This document shows positions 30,135-39,357 of a DNA stretch of 64,000 bases, in pieces. This DNA comes from an uncultured delta proteobacterium (lineage in GTDB: Bacteria; Myxococcota_A; Polyangia; Polyangiales; JAFGIB01). Location of the stretch: the NCBI GenBank assembly GCA_963778655.1, contig CAVZVA010000009.1, positions 320,001 to 384,000 on the forward strand, read 5' to 3'. Under the pieces are notes generated by a model. The model made no database searches. It was not told the origin of the DNA and saw only the letters and a program-made list of their open reading frames with translations. Both the position numbers and the translations under genes were made by a program. Position 1 is the stretch's first letter, and every line of letters begins with the position of its first letter.

Positions 30135-31933
30135 TGCGCGCGGGCGCGACCCACGCGCCCTCGAGCCGGATCCAGCGCCGGAGCGCCGAGCTGTTTCCGC
30201 TGCTCGGCTGGCTGCGTGGCTATGGCCGCGCCGACTTCGCCGCGGACGCGCTGGCGGGCCTGACCACTGCGGTGATGTTGATCCCGCAGGGCATGGCCTA
30301 CGCCATGCTCGCCGGCATGCCCCCGATCACCGGGCTGTACGCCTCGCTGCTGCCGCCGTTGGCCTACGCGCTGCTCGGCACCAGCCGGCCGCTGGCGGTG
30401 GGGCCGCTGGCGACCGATTCGATGCTGGTCGCGGCCACGCTGGGCAGCATCGCGGCCGCAGGAAGCCCCGCGTACTTGCAGAACGCGGTGCTGCTGGCGG
30501 CGATGGTGGGCGTGATCCAACTCGCGCTGGGCCTGCTCGGGCTCGGCTTCGTGGCGAACTTTCTGGCGCGGCCGGTGCTCAGCGGCTTCACCTCCGCAGC
30601 CGCGTTGATCATCGCCGCGAGCCAGCTCGGCCCGTTGCTCGCGCTGCAGCTGCCGCGCACCCACCTGCTGCACCGCGTGGTGGGCGTGGCGTTTTCGCAG
30701 CTGTCGCACTGGCATCTGCCCACGCTGCTGCTCGGCGCAGGTAGCATCGCGCTGCTGCTCGCGCTGGGGCGCCTGCGGCCGCGGCTGCCGCGCGCGATGA
30801 TCGCGGCGCTGCTCGGGACTGCGCTGGTGGCGGCGCTCGGGTTGCGCGCGCGCGGGGTGGAGGTGGTGGGTGCGGTCCCCGCGGGCCTGCCTCACTTGAT
30901 CTGGCCGCGGATCGAGCCGGCCGTGGTGCTGCGGCTGCTGCCTGGCGCGCTGACGCTCGCGCTGGTGGCGTTCGTGGAGGCGGTTTCGGTTGGCAAGTAC
31001 TTCGCGCGCCGGGCGGGTCACGAGATCCGGCCCGGCCGCGAGCTGGTCGCCCTGGGTGTGGCGAACCTCGGCGCCAGCGTGGCCGGCGGTTTTCCTATCA
31101 GCGGCGGCTTCGCGCGTACCGCGGTCAACGCACAGGCTGGGGCGCGCACGCCGCTCGCGGGCGTGATCACGGCACTTGCCGTGGCGCTCACGCTGGCGCT
31201 GCTGACGCCCCTGTTCCACGACTTGCCGATCGCGGTGCTCGCCGCGATCGTGGTGAGCGCGGTGCTGGGGCTGTTCGACGCGCGCGAGGCGCGGCGGCTG
31301 TGGCGCGTCAAGCGCGAGGACTTCTGGCTGCTGTTGGGCACCTTCGCGGCGACCCTCGGCGCCGGCATCCAGTACGGCATCTTGATCGGCGTCGCGCTCT
31401 CGCTGCTGATGTTTCTGGTCAGCACCAGCCGCCCGCACTTCGCGCTGCTGGGGCGGATTCCCGGGACCGATGCCTATCTCAACGTCGCACGCCACCCTCA
31501 CGCCATCACCGTGCCGGGGGTGCTGGTGCTGCGCATCGACGCCCAGTTCTATTTCGGCAACGCCAGCTTTCTGAAAGATACGCTGCGGCGCCTCGCCTTC
31601 GGGGAGCAGAGCGGGGTGCACGCGGTCGTGCTCGACGCCAGCGGGATCAACCAGCTCGACAGCACGGCCGAAGACGCGTTGGCCCAGATCGATCGCGATT
31701 GCGCTGCGCACGGCGTGCGCGTGCTGTTCTCGCACGTCAAGGGACCCGTGCGCGACGTGATGCTGGCGAGCGGCCTGCTCGCGCGCCTGGCGGCCGAAAA
31801 CCGCATCCATTTCCGCACCCACGACGCCGTGCTCGCCGCGATCGGGTCGCGCTCCGGGCAGTCGGCACCGGCCGAACGCGATCCGCGCGCGCCCGCCGAC
31901 CGCATCGGCTGCGGCGCCGCGCCCCGTCCGTGA
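30134..31933 (+). CDS. SulP/SLC26 anion transporter with STAS domain
   Basis: DALAGLTTAVMLIPQGMAYAMLAG, GLYAS, PVLSGFTSAAA; STAS RIDAQFYFGNA...DST; TGATG coupling to the upstream gene. Confidence 0.92.
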   Translation: MRAGATHAPSSRIQRRSAELFPLLGWLRGYGRADFAADALAGLTTAVMLIPQGMAYAMLAGMPPITGLYASLLPPLAYALLGTSRPLAVGPLATDSMLVAATLGSIAAAGSPAYLQNAVLLAAMVGVIQLALGLLGLGFVANFLARPVLSGFTSAAALIIAASQLGPLLALQLPRTHLLHRVVGVAFSQLSHWHLPTLLLGAGSIALLLALGRLRPRLPRAMIAALLGTALVAALGLRARGVEVVGAVPAGLPHLIWPRIEPAVVLRLLPGALTLALVAFVEAVSVGKYFARRAGHEIRPGRELVALGVANLGASVAGGFPISGGFARTAVNAQAGARTPLAGVITALAVALTLALLTPLFHDLPIAVLAAIVVSAVLGLFDAREARRLWRVKREDFWLLLGTFAATLGAGIQYGILIGVALSLLMFLVSTSRPHFALLGRIPGTDAYLNVARHPHAITVPGVLVLRIDAQFYFGNASFLKDTLRRLAFGEQSGVHAVVLDASGINQLDSTAEDALAQIDRDCAAHGVRVLFSHVKGPVRDVMLASGLLARLAAENRIHFRTHDAVLAAIGSRSGQSAPAERDPRAPADRIGCGAAPRP

Positions 31934-31991
31934 CGGGCAGCGGCACGCGTGCGGCCTTGCGGCTTGCGCGCGCCGGGCCGGCGTGATTGGA

Positions 31992-32030
31992 TGTTCCGTA
32001 ATATAGATTTGTGTTCCATGTTATGGAACA
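31992..32030. promoter_or_regulatory. IclR-type operator(s) over the regulator's own start
   Basis: Perfect inverted repeat TGTTCCAT-gtt-ATGGAACA (32012-32030); related half-site TGTTCCGT at 31992; TAATAT at 31999-32004. Confidence 0.7.
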
Positions 32031-32778
32031 ATCAACCGCAATCGACAAAGCCCTCGGCCTGCTGTTCCACCTGCACGGGCGCGCCGAGCCCCAGGGTGTC
32101 AGCGAGATCGGGCGCGCGCTCGGGCTGCCCAAGAGCAGCGCCCACCGCTTGCTCGCGGCGCTGCGCCGGCATGAGCTGGTGGAGCAGGACGAATCCGGGC
32201 GCTATCGGCCGGGCAGCGGACTGATCGGGCTCGCACTCGGCGTGCTCGATCGCGAGCCGCTGGTGGCGGCCGCGCATCTGCTGCTGGAGCAGCAGGCCGC
32301 GGCGCTCGGCGAGACCTTCTTTCTGGTCGCCGCGCGCGCTGGACGCCTGCTCGTGCTCGACAAGGTCGAGGGCACGGGCTTGCTGCGGGCTTCGCCGCGC
32401 GTGGGCAGCGCGGTGCCCCTGCACGCCAGCGCGGTCGGCAAGCTGTACCTGGCGCACGCGCCCGAGGAGGTCGCGCTGCCGGCCAGGCTCGAGCGCTTCA
32501 CCGCGCACACCCTGTTCAGCCGCCGGCGCCTGATGGCCGAGGTCGCCGCCGCGCGCGTCGCGGGCTATGCGCTCAGCCGCGGCGAGTGGATCGAGGGCCT
32601 GTCGGTGATCGCAGCGCCGGTGTTCGACGGCGCGCAGCTGCGCGGCACATTGTGCGTCGCGCTGGCGACAGCCAAGAAGCTCGACGAGCGCATGCTCGTC
32701 GCCCGCGTGAAGCAAGCGGCCGGGGCTCTGGGCGCCCGGCTGGGAGGCGAAAGCCATGAAGGTGTCGATCGACGGTAA
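32011..32778 (+). CDS. IclR-family transcriptional regulator
   Basis: AIDKALGLL...SEIGRALGLPKSSAHRLL; PLHASAVGKLYLA; IAAPVF. Start is GTG 32011 or ATG 32023. Confidence 0.9.
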   Translation: MFHVMEQSTAIDKALGLLFHLHGRAEPQGVSEIGRALGLPKSSAHRLLAALRRHELVEQDESGRYRPGSGLIGLALGVLDREPLVAAAHLLLEQQAAALGETFFLVAARAGRLLVLDKVEGTGLLRASPRVGSAVPLHASAVGKLYLAHAPEEVALPARLERFTAHTLFSRRRLMAEVAAARVAGYALSRGEWIEGLSVIAAPVFDGAQLRGTLCVALATAKKLDERMLVARVKQAAGALGARLGGESHEGVDRR

Positions 32779-33607
32779 GCTGGTGGAATCGGAGCAGGCC
32801 CGCATTTCGGTGTGCGATCACGGCTTGCTCTACGGCGATGGCGTGTTCGAAGGCATCCGCGTGTGCGCGGGCCGCCCCTTCCGGCTCGAGGCGCACCTGG
32901 CCCGCCTCGGTCACGGGGCGCGCGCTCTCAGCTTGCATGCGCCCGGACCCGCGCAGCTGCGCGAGATCGTGCAGCGAACGGTTGCCGCGTACGGCCGAGA
33001 CGACGGCTACGTCAGGCTGATCGTCACGCGCGGCGACGGCCCGCTCGGGGTCGATCCGACCAGCTGTCCGACTCCGCGCGTGATTTGCATCGCCGATGCG
33101 ATCGCGCTGTTCTCCGAGCACAAGCGCGCGCAGGGCCTGTCCATGATCACCAGCAGCTACCGCCGTCCGAGCGCGGACGTGCTCGACCCGCGCATCAAGA
33201 CGCTGAACTACTTGAACAACGTGCTGGCCAAGGGCGAGGCGCGGCGCCAAGGCGCCGACGAAGCGCTGCTGCTCAACCAGCAAGGTCAGGTCGCCGAAGC
33301 GAGTGTGGCCAACGTGTTCGTGGTACGTGCGGGCCGCCTGCTCACGCCTCCCACCAGCGACGGCGCGCTCGACGGCATCACGCGCGCGAGCGTGCTCGAG
33401 CTGGCGGACGCGCACGGGCTCGCGTGCGAGGTGCGCACGCTCGGCAGGATGGATCTGCTCGGCGCCGACGAGGTGTTCCTGACCGGCACCGGCGCCGGCA
33501 TCGTGCGCGTGCGCACGCTCGACGGCCAGCTGCTCGGCTCGCCCGAGCCGGGGCCCGTGACCGCGCGCCTGAGCGAGGCGCTGCACGCGCTGCGCCACGC
33601 GAGCTGA
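32756..33607 (+). CDS. ilvE: Branched-chain amino acid aminotransferase (PLP class IV)
   Basis: DHGLLYGDGVFEGIR, HLARL, YVRLIVTRG, KTLNYLNN, EASVANVF, LDGITR, ADEVFLTGT. Confidence 0.85.
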   Translation: MKVSIDGKLVESEQARISVCDHGLLYGDGVFEGIRVCAGRPFRLEAHLARLGHGARALSLHAPGPAQLREIVQRTVAAYGRDDGYVRLIVTRGDGPLGVDPTSCPTPRVICIADAIALFSEHKRAQGLSMITSSYRRPSADVLDPRIKTLNYLNNVLAKGEARRQGADEALLLNQQGQVAEASVANVFVVRAGRLLTPPTSDGALDGITRASVLELADAHGLACEVRTLGRMDLLGADEVFLTGTGAGIVRVRTLDGQLLGSPEPGPVTARLSEALHALRHAS

Positions 33608-33651
33608 GCGGGCGCGGGCGGAGCCTGGTCGTCACCGTTGGCGGCCCTTCC

Positions 33652-34098
33652 TCAGGCTTCGCCCAGGGTGAGCATCATGATCGCGTCGCCGAGCGCGATC
33701 TCCTGGCCCTGGTCGTTCTTGACCACGGCGCTGGCGTGGCCGATGCGGCGGCCCAGGTGCGTGATGCGCGCCTCGCAGGTGGCGTGGCCGTCGATCAGCG
33801 GGCGCAGGTAGCGCACGCGCAGGTCCACCGACGACATCGAGCCCTTGGTCTCGCGCACGCGCTGGTACTCGTCGGTCATCAACATCGCCTGGGTGAAGCC
33901 GATGTCGATCAGGGTGGCGATCACGCCGCCGTGCATCGCGCCGTTGGCGTTGCGCAGCTCGGGCTTGAGCAGCAGGCGCGTGGTGGAGTGCTTGGGCCCG
34001 AAGTCCACGAGCTCCACGCCTAGTAAGTTGAACAGCGGGAAGTCCTTGGCGAAGGCCAGCAGCTTCTGCTTGAGCTTTTGCGGGTCGTGCTGGGTCAC
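33652..34098 (-). CDS. PaaI-family hotdog thioesterase
   Basis: NANGAMHGGVIATLID, SVDLRVRYLRP; GTG start at 34098. Confidence 0.85.
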   Translation of the reverse strand: MTQHDPQKLKQKLLAFAKDFPLFNLLGVELVDFGPKHSTTRLLLKPELRNANGAMHGGVIATLIDIGFTQAMLMTDEYQRVRETKGSMSSVDLRVRYLRPLIDGHATCEARITHLGRRIGHASAVVKNDQGQEIALGDAIMMLTLGEA

Positions 34099-34443
34099 GC
34101 GCGAGATCTCATGGCAGGAAAAATGGGGCGACAGTGCACGTTGTCGATGCCGTCGCGTTCGGCGCCCTGCCGGCCGGCGTCGAGAAAGGCGTCGCAACAG
34201 TCGATGCCGAGCAGCCAGCCGCTTGGGCCCACCGCACGCGCGATCTGCAGGCTCGAGTCGCCGAAGCCGCAGCCCATGTCGAGCATGCGCTCGCCGGCGC
34301 GCGGCGGGTGCGCGCGGAAGGCGACGTCGCCGTGGGCGCCGAGACTGCGCACCATGATGTCGCGGAAGCGCAGAAACTTCGGAACCAGGATGCGGTTCCA
34401 CACGTCGATGAATTCCCGCGTTGGGTGAGGAGGTTTCAGGCAT
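34095..34443 (-). pseudogene. Truncated, frameshifted class I SAM methyltransferase
   Basis: MPETSSPNA joins EFIDVWNRILVPKF only after removing one G near 34416. SAM motif LDMGCGFG is present, but the frame ends ~45 aa later, without the rest of the fold. Confidence 0.65.
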
Positions 34444-34552
34444 CACGGGTTCCGAGGGTTGCTTGGAACGGGCTGGCGGCGGGCGGGCGTGTCGCGCGCC
34501 GGTCATACTGCTTCGGATTTCCGTGAGCGGCAAACGCCGCACGGCGCGGCTT

Positions 34553-34816
34553 TCAGCGGCGCGGCGAGCCCGGCTCGTCTGGCTCCACCGCCTCGAGCAG
34601 CGCGCCCACCAAGCGCTCGTGCGAGCCGTAGACGACGCTCAGCTCGCGCAGCTGCGTGGTCAGCCGCTCGATGTCGGCTTGCTGGGCGGCGTGCTCGAGC
34701 GCGCGGAGACTCTTGCGCATGTGCCGCTGCTCCTGGCGCAGCTTGGCGATCAGCTCGCTGGAAATATAGGCGTCCAAGCCGACCTCGGGCGGAAGGCGTT
34801 GCACGGCGCGTGCCAC
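34553..34816 (-). CDS. Small helical hypothetical protein
   Basis: GC3-biased frame ...LIAKLRQEQRHMRKSLRALE...HERLVGALLE; start uncertain. Confidence 0.4.
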   Translation of the reverse strand: MARAVQRLPPEVGLDAYISSELIAKLRQEQRHMRKSLRALEHAAQQADIERLTTQLRELSVVYGSHERLVGALLEAVEPDEPGSPRR

Positions 34817-34978
34817 GGAAACCTTCGGCGCGCGCGGTGCGCGCGCGCACGAAAAGCGCGCCCTGTTGGGACAGGTCGCGGCGTCCGCCGAGCTCGCCTG
34901 CGCAAACGCTGCGCGCGGCGCCCGCGCAAATGCTGCCCCGCAAGCGTTGTGGGGAAAGGTGCGGCGGGACAACGGGCC

Positions 34979-35067
34979 ATGAAACAGGAAGGCGGAAAGA
35001 CGAGAAGAGCTTGGATTGAGCCTTCGGAGTCCAGTCTTCCCGCCTTCGTGTCCTCCTGTGGCTTCAT
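34979..35067. repeat. REP-like palindromic repeat, copy 2
   Basis: ACAGGAAGGCGGAAAGACGAGAAGA (34984-35008) ... TCTTCCCGCCTTCGTGTCCTCCTGT (35035-35059), imperfect inverted arms. Confidence 0.7.
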
Positions 35068-35144
35068 CAGCGACTGTCGCGGCGATCGAGGGCGACTACC
35101 GCTGTCCTGCGCGATCGTGCGCCGCGAAAAGAGGGCGGAACGAG

Positions 35145-36014
35145 TCAGAGCGCGATGTGATCGCGGTGGCCGTAGAGGGTGAGGGTTCCGTCGCGGACGA
35201 AGGCGGCGAGCGCGACGCGGGCCTGGGTGGCCAGATCGATCGCCAGCGAGGTCGGCGCCGAGACGCCGCACACCGCGGCGATGCGTGCGGCCACCGCCTT
35301 CTGCACGATCTCGAAGCTGACCCGGCCGCTCACCACCAGCAGGCTCGGCCTTGCTTCCGGCTCGCCGTCCTCGCGCAGTGGCAGCAGGCCTTGCAGCAGC
35401 AGCGAGCCGACCGCCTTGTCGACTGCGTTGTGTCGGCCCACGTCCTCGTGCACCGAAAGCAGCGCGCCCCGCGCGTCGAGCACGGCCGCGGCGTGCAGGC
35501 CGCCGGTGTGCGCGAAGCCGGGCTGGTGGCCGGCGAGCACGCTGGTGCTCGAAGCCAGCAGCGACCAGGGCAGGCGTGGCGCTTGCAGCACGGGCTCGCA
35601 GCGCGCCAGCAGATCCTCGATGCTGCGCCGCCCGCACACGCCGCACGCGGTGCTGATCAGTGTGCCGCGCCGCGCTGCCGCGCGCTCCAGGTCGAACGCG
35701 GTGCCGGGCCCGGGCGCGATGTCCAGGGTGTGACCGTAGCTGGGCTCGCCCGGGCGCCCGCAGGGCGCGAGCCCGCCGACGTCCGCGAGCGAGGCGATCA
35801 CGCCTTCCGAGAGCAGGAAGCCCAGGGCCAGCTCGCGGTCGGCGCCCGGCGTGCGCATGGTCACCGCGAGCGTCTCGCCGCTCAGACGGATTTCGAGCGG
35901 CGCTTCCACCGCCACCGCCTGGCTGCGCACGCCCGCCTCGTCGCCGGCCACCGCCGGCAGCCGCAGCGCGTCTCGAGCGGCGGTCGCCCCGCGCGCGTCA
36001 GCCGGCGCTCTCAC
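35145..36014 (-). CDS. fdhD: Formate dehydrogenase accessory sulfurtransferase
   Basis: AVEAPLEI, TMRTPG, TACGVCG, TGGLHAA, EDVGRHNAVDK, SGRVSFEIVQK, SAPTSLA. Confidence 0.95.
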   Translation of the reverse strand: MRAPADARGATAARDALRLPAVAGDEAGVRSQAVAVEAPLEIRLSGETLAVTMRTPGADRELALGFLLSEGVIASLADVGGLAPCGRPGEPSYGHTLDIAPGPGTAFDLERAAARRGTLISTACGVCGRRSIEDLLARCEPVLQAPRLPWSLLASSTSVLAGHQPGFAHTGGLHAAAVLDARGALLSVHEDVGRHNAVDKAVGSLLLQGLLPLREDGEPEARPSLLVVSGRVSFEIVQKAVAARIAAVCGVSAPTSLAIDLATQARVALAAFVRDGTLTLYGHRDHIAL

Positions 36015-38232
36015 GCGCGCCTCGCTTTTCGATCTCCACCACCGCGTTGTAGTCCGGCACCAGCCCGCCTGGATCGCGCACGCCCGCCGCGATCAGCACG
36101 TTTGCCTCCGGCCAGTGCAGCTGCACGTTGCCGCGCGTGAGCTCGGCCGCGAACGCACGCGCCACAAGCGCGCCGTGCGCGCTGCGTACCGTGACCGCCT
36201 GGTCCTGCGCGAGCCCGAGCTGCTGCATGTCCTGCACGTTCATGAACAGGTGGTCGCGCGCCGCGCCCGTGAGCTGGTCGATCTCCGCCTGCACCATGCT
36301 GTTGAACTGCTTGCCACGGCGCGTGCTCAAGTGAAAGCGGCCGGGCGGCAGGCGCGCGTCGTGCGGCTCCGAAAATACGAAGCACGCACGGCCCTCGGGC
36401 AGCGGAAAGCGCCCGTCCTCGCACAGCCGTTCGCCGCCCCATTGCAGCTGATCGCCCTGCTTTGCGAGCCGTTCGATCCCGCGGTAGCTCTCGATACAGG
36501 CCGCGATGTCGCGGCGAATCGCGGCCGCGTCCTCATAGTCGATCAGCTCGCGCAGCTCGGGACGGGCCGCCTGCACCAGCTCGCTGGCGATGCGCCATTC
36601 CTCGCGTGCCTCGCCGACCTCGTGGCCGGGCACGTGCGGGCTGAAGATCACGCGCCGCTCGGTGGTGGTCTCGGTCACGCCGCCCTCGTGCTCGTAGCGC
36701 GTCTTGGCCGGCAGCAGATACACGTTGTCTTGCGGCTCCACCAGCATCGCGGTGCTCAGCACGATGTCCTGGTGGACGCGCAGCGGGACGCGCTCCAGCG
36801 CGCGCCGCACGTCGAGCGGCTGGGGCAGCGTGTCGATGAAGTTGCCGCCGATCGCATACAGCGCCTGCAAGCGGCCCGCGAGCGCGGCCTCGAGCATGCT
36901 GCTGGCGTCCATGCCGCGGCGCGCCGGCGGCCTGAAGCCCCACAGCCGTTGCAGGGCGTCGGCGCGCGTGTCGTCGATCGGTTGGCCACCCGGGAAGACG
37001 TTGGCGTAGGCGCCCATCTCCGCGCCGCCCTGCACGCCGGAATGGCCGCGGATCGGCATCAGCCCGCAGCGCGGCCGGCCGACGAAGCCGCGCGACAAGG
37101 CCAAACAGCACAGCGCCTCGATTGTATTGGTGCCGAAGGCGTGCTGGGTGAGGCCCATGCTCCACACCAGCACTGCGCTCTTGGCCGCGGCCAGGCGCGC
37201 GGCGAAATCCTCGACATCGCCGCGGCTGCTGCCGGCGCGCGCGACCAGCTCGTCGAGCGGCAGCCGCTCGAGGAAGGCGGCGTACGCCTCGAAGCCGGTC
37301 GTGTGCGCGGCGATGAAATCGCGGTCGATCGCACTGCGCGCGATCAGCAGCTTCTGCACCGCGTAGAGGAAGGCCTGGTCGCCGCCGGCCGAGAGCAGGT
37401 AGAAGCGATCGGTGATCGCGCTGCCGGTCAGCGCCGAGCCGGCGTTCGAGGGGATGAAGTAGCGCTCCATGCCTGGCTCGCGCAGCGTGTTCACGGTCAG
37501 CACGCGCGTGCCCAGGCGCTTGGCCTCGGCCAGGTATTTGAGCGCGACCGGTTGGTCGTTGGCGGGATTGCTGCCGAGGAAGATCACCAGATCGCTGCCG
37601 TACCAGTCGCGGTAGCTGCAGGTGGATGCGGCCACGCCCAGCACGCGCTTCATCGCCGCAGTGGAAGGGCTGTGGCAGAGGCGCGCCGCGTTGTCGATGT
37701 GCGGGGAGCCGAGCGCGCGCCAGGCCTTCTGTGCCGCGAAGTAGACCTCGTTGGTCAGCCCGCGCGAGGTGAGGTAGCAGGCGACCCGATCGGGATCGCT
37801 CTGCCCGAGTTGTGCGCCGATCTCCGTCAGCGCTTGCTGCCAGGAGATGCGGGTGAAGCCGGCTTCGCCGCGGCGCCGGCGCATCGGGTAGGGCAGCCTG
37901 CCGAGCGCCAGCAGCTCGCGCGGGCGCAGCTCACGCAGCGCCGCGACGTCCGCGAGCGCGCCCGGGTCGAGCGCGTCCATGGTGTTGAGGCGCAGCAGGT
38001 TGAGGCGCACCAGGCACAGGTGCACTCCGTTCATGGTGAAGTCGCGCAGCCCCGAGGTGCCCAGCGCGCAGCCATCGCAGACGCCCCTGCGCAGCACCCG
38101 CAGCGCGTAGCCAAGGTGCCCGCGGTTGTTCCAGATCACGCCCAGCATCTCGCGATAATGCTTGGGTTTCTGGCGTCCGATCCCGAACGGCAGAGGGAGC
38201 GTGGCAGGCGCGCGGGCGAGGCTTTGGGACAT
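35998..38232 (-). CDS. FdhF/YdeP-family molybdopterin oxidoreductase
   Basis: GVCDGCALG, YLTSRGLTNE, DNAARLCHSPS, WSMGLTQH, MPIRGHSGVQG, STRRGKQFNSM; coupled to fdhD. Confidence 0.9.
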   Translation of the reverse strand: MSQSLARAPATLPLPFGIGRQKPKHYREMLGVIWNNRGHLGYALRVLRRGVCDGCALGTSGLRDFTMNGVHLCLVRLNLLRLNTMDALDPGALADVAALRELRPRELLALGRLPYPMRRRRGEAGFTRISWQQALTEIGAQLGQSDPDRVACYLTSRGLTNEVYFAAQKAWRALGSPHIDNAARLCHSPSTAAMKRVLGVAASTCSYRDWYGSDLVIFLGSNPANDQPVALKYLAEAKRLGTRVLTVNTLREPGMERYFIPSNAGSALTGSAITDRFYLLSAGGDQAFLYAVQKLLIARSAIDRDFIAAHTTGFEAYAAFLERLPLDELVARAGSSRGDVEDFAARLAAAKSAVLVWSMGLTQHAFGTNTIEALCCLALSRGFVGRPRCGLMPIRGHSGVQGGAEMGAYANVFPGGQPIDDTRADALQRLWGFRPPARRGMDASSMLEAALAGRLQALYAIGGNFIDTLPQPLDVRRALERVPLRVHQDIVLSTAMLVEPQDNVYLLPAKTRYEHEGGVTETTTERRVIFSPHVPGHEVGEAREEWRIASELVQAARPELRELIDYEDAAAIRRDIAACIESYRGIERLAKQGDQLQWGGERLCEDGRFPLPEGRACFVFSEPHDARLPPGRFHLSTRRGKQFNSMVQAEIDQLTGAARDHLFMNVQDMQQLGLAQDQAVTVRSAHGALVARAFAAELTRGNVQLHWPEANVLIAAGVRDPGGLVPDYNAVVEIEKRGARESAG

Positions 38233-38281
38233 CGGACGAGGCTCCTGCGCGACGATAGCGCAGGTTCCGCCTCTGAAGTTG

Positions 38282-38332
38282 TTGACACTTATGGCTGTTA
38301 CAGTTATGAATGTCTTTGTCACACCGAGGAGG
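38282..38332 (+). promoter_or_regulatory. Sigma70-like promoter with overlapping inverted-repeat operator and SD
   Basis: TTGACA (38282)-17 nt-TATGAA; imperfect 15-bp-arm palindrome at 38284-38314 centred on CTGT-T-ACAG; GAGGAGG before ATG 38338. Confidence 0.55.
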
Positions 38333-38337
38333 TGCCC

Positions 38338-39351
38338 ATGACGACGACGGCGGTCGAGCTTAGGGGGGCAGGGGCAGCGCAGCTGGCGGTCCCGCGCAGC
38401 GAGCAGCGGCGCAAGCAAGAGAGCTACGAGCAGCTGGTGCAGCGCCTGAGCCTGCAGTCGGTGCGCAAGCACTACGACGCGTACGTGGACATCGCCTGGG
38501 ACGCCGAAGAGATGCAGATCCGCAAGGACGACCCGCGCTGGGAGCTACCCGAGGACGATGTGCTGGGCGCCACCGCCTGGTACAAGGCCCAGCCGCAAGC
38601 GGTGCGCGCCGAGCTGGGGCTGAGCGCGGTGGTGGGCGCGATGAAGATGGGCGTGGTGTTCGAGAGCGTGCTCAAGCGCGGCCTGCTCGAATATGCCGCG
38701 CGCCTGCCCAATGGCTCGCCGGAGTTCCGCTACGCCTACCACGAAGTGATCGAGGAGGCGCAGCACTCGCTGATGTTCCAGGAGCTGATCAACCGCTCCG
38801 GGCTGCAGCCGCGCGGGCTGCACGGCATGCAGGCGCTGGGCGCACGCGTGGTCGCGAGCCTGGGGCGGCGCTTCCCCGCGCTGTTTTTCTTCTTCGTGCT
38901 GGGCGGCGAGGAGCCGATCGACCACGCGCAGAAGGAGGCGCTGCGCTCCGACCGCGAGCTGCACCCGCTGCTCAAGCGCGTGATGCAGATCCATGTGACC
39001 GAGGAGGCGCGCCACCTGTGTTTCGCGCGCAACTACCTGCAGCGCAACGTGCCCAAGCTGGGCTGGTTTGCGCGGCTGCGGCTCGCGCTCGCGATTCCGT
39101 TCATTCTGGGCGAGATGGCGCGCATGATGCTCGAGCCGTCGCGCGCGATGATCGCCCGCTTCGCGATCCCGGCGCAGGTGGTGCGAGAGGCGTACACCCG
39201 CAACCGCCGTCACAAGGCGCAGGTGCGCGCCTCACTCGCCTCGGTCGCCGGGCTCTGCATCGAGCTGCGCCTGCTCAGCGCGCGCAACGTGTGGCTGTGG
39301 AGGCTGCTCGGCCTGGGCAACCCGCTCCGCTACGCCGCGCCCGCCGGCTGA
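38338..39351 (+). CDS. AurF/CmlI-family ferritin-like diiron oxygenase
   Basis: DIAWD, FESVLKRGLL, HEVIEEAQHSLMF, LGGEEPID, IHVTEEARH diiron ligands. Confidence 0.88.
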   Translation: MTTTAVELRGAGAAQLAVPRSEQRRKQESYEQLVQRLSLQSVRKHYDAYVDIAWDAEEMQIRKDDPRWELPEDDVLGATAWYKAQPQAVRAELGLSAVVGAMKMGVVFESVLKRGLLEYAARLPNGSPEFRYAYHEVIEEAQHSLMFQELINRSGLQPRGLHGMQALGARVVASLGRRFPALFFFFVLGGEEPIDHAQKEALRSDRELHPLLKRVMQIHVTEEARHLCFARNYLQRNVPKLGWFARLRLALAIPFILGEMARMMLEPSRAMIARFAIPAQVVREAYTRNRRHKAQVRASLASVAGLCIELRLLSARNVWLWRLLGLGNPLRYAAPAG

Positions 39352-39357
39352 CGAAGA

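Noticed and set aside
35851..38337. N-terminal ~830 aa of the 1166-aa plus-strand ORF (apparent giant AurF fusion)
   Set aside because: Antisense to fdhF; a promoter, SD and ATG at 38338 define the real start.
20341..39351. Biosynthetic cluster linking the CADD-like enzyme, aminotransferase, thioesterase and AurF-like oxygenase
   Set aside because: The genes are scattered in different orientations with separate promoters; no NRPS/PKS, carrier protein or precursor peptide.
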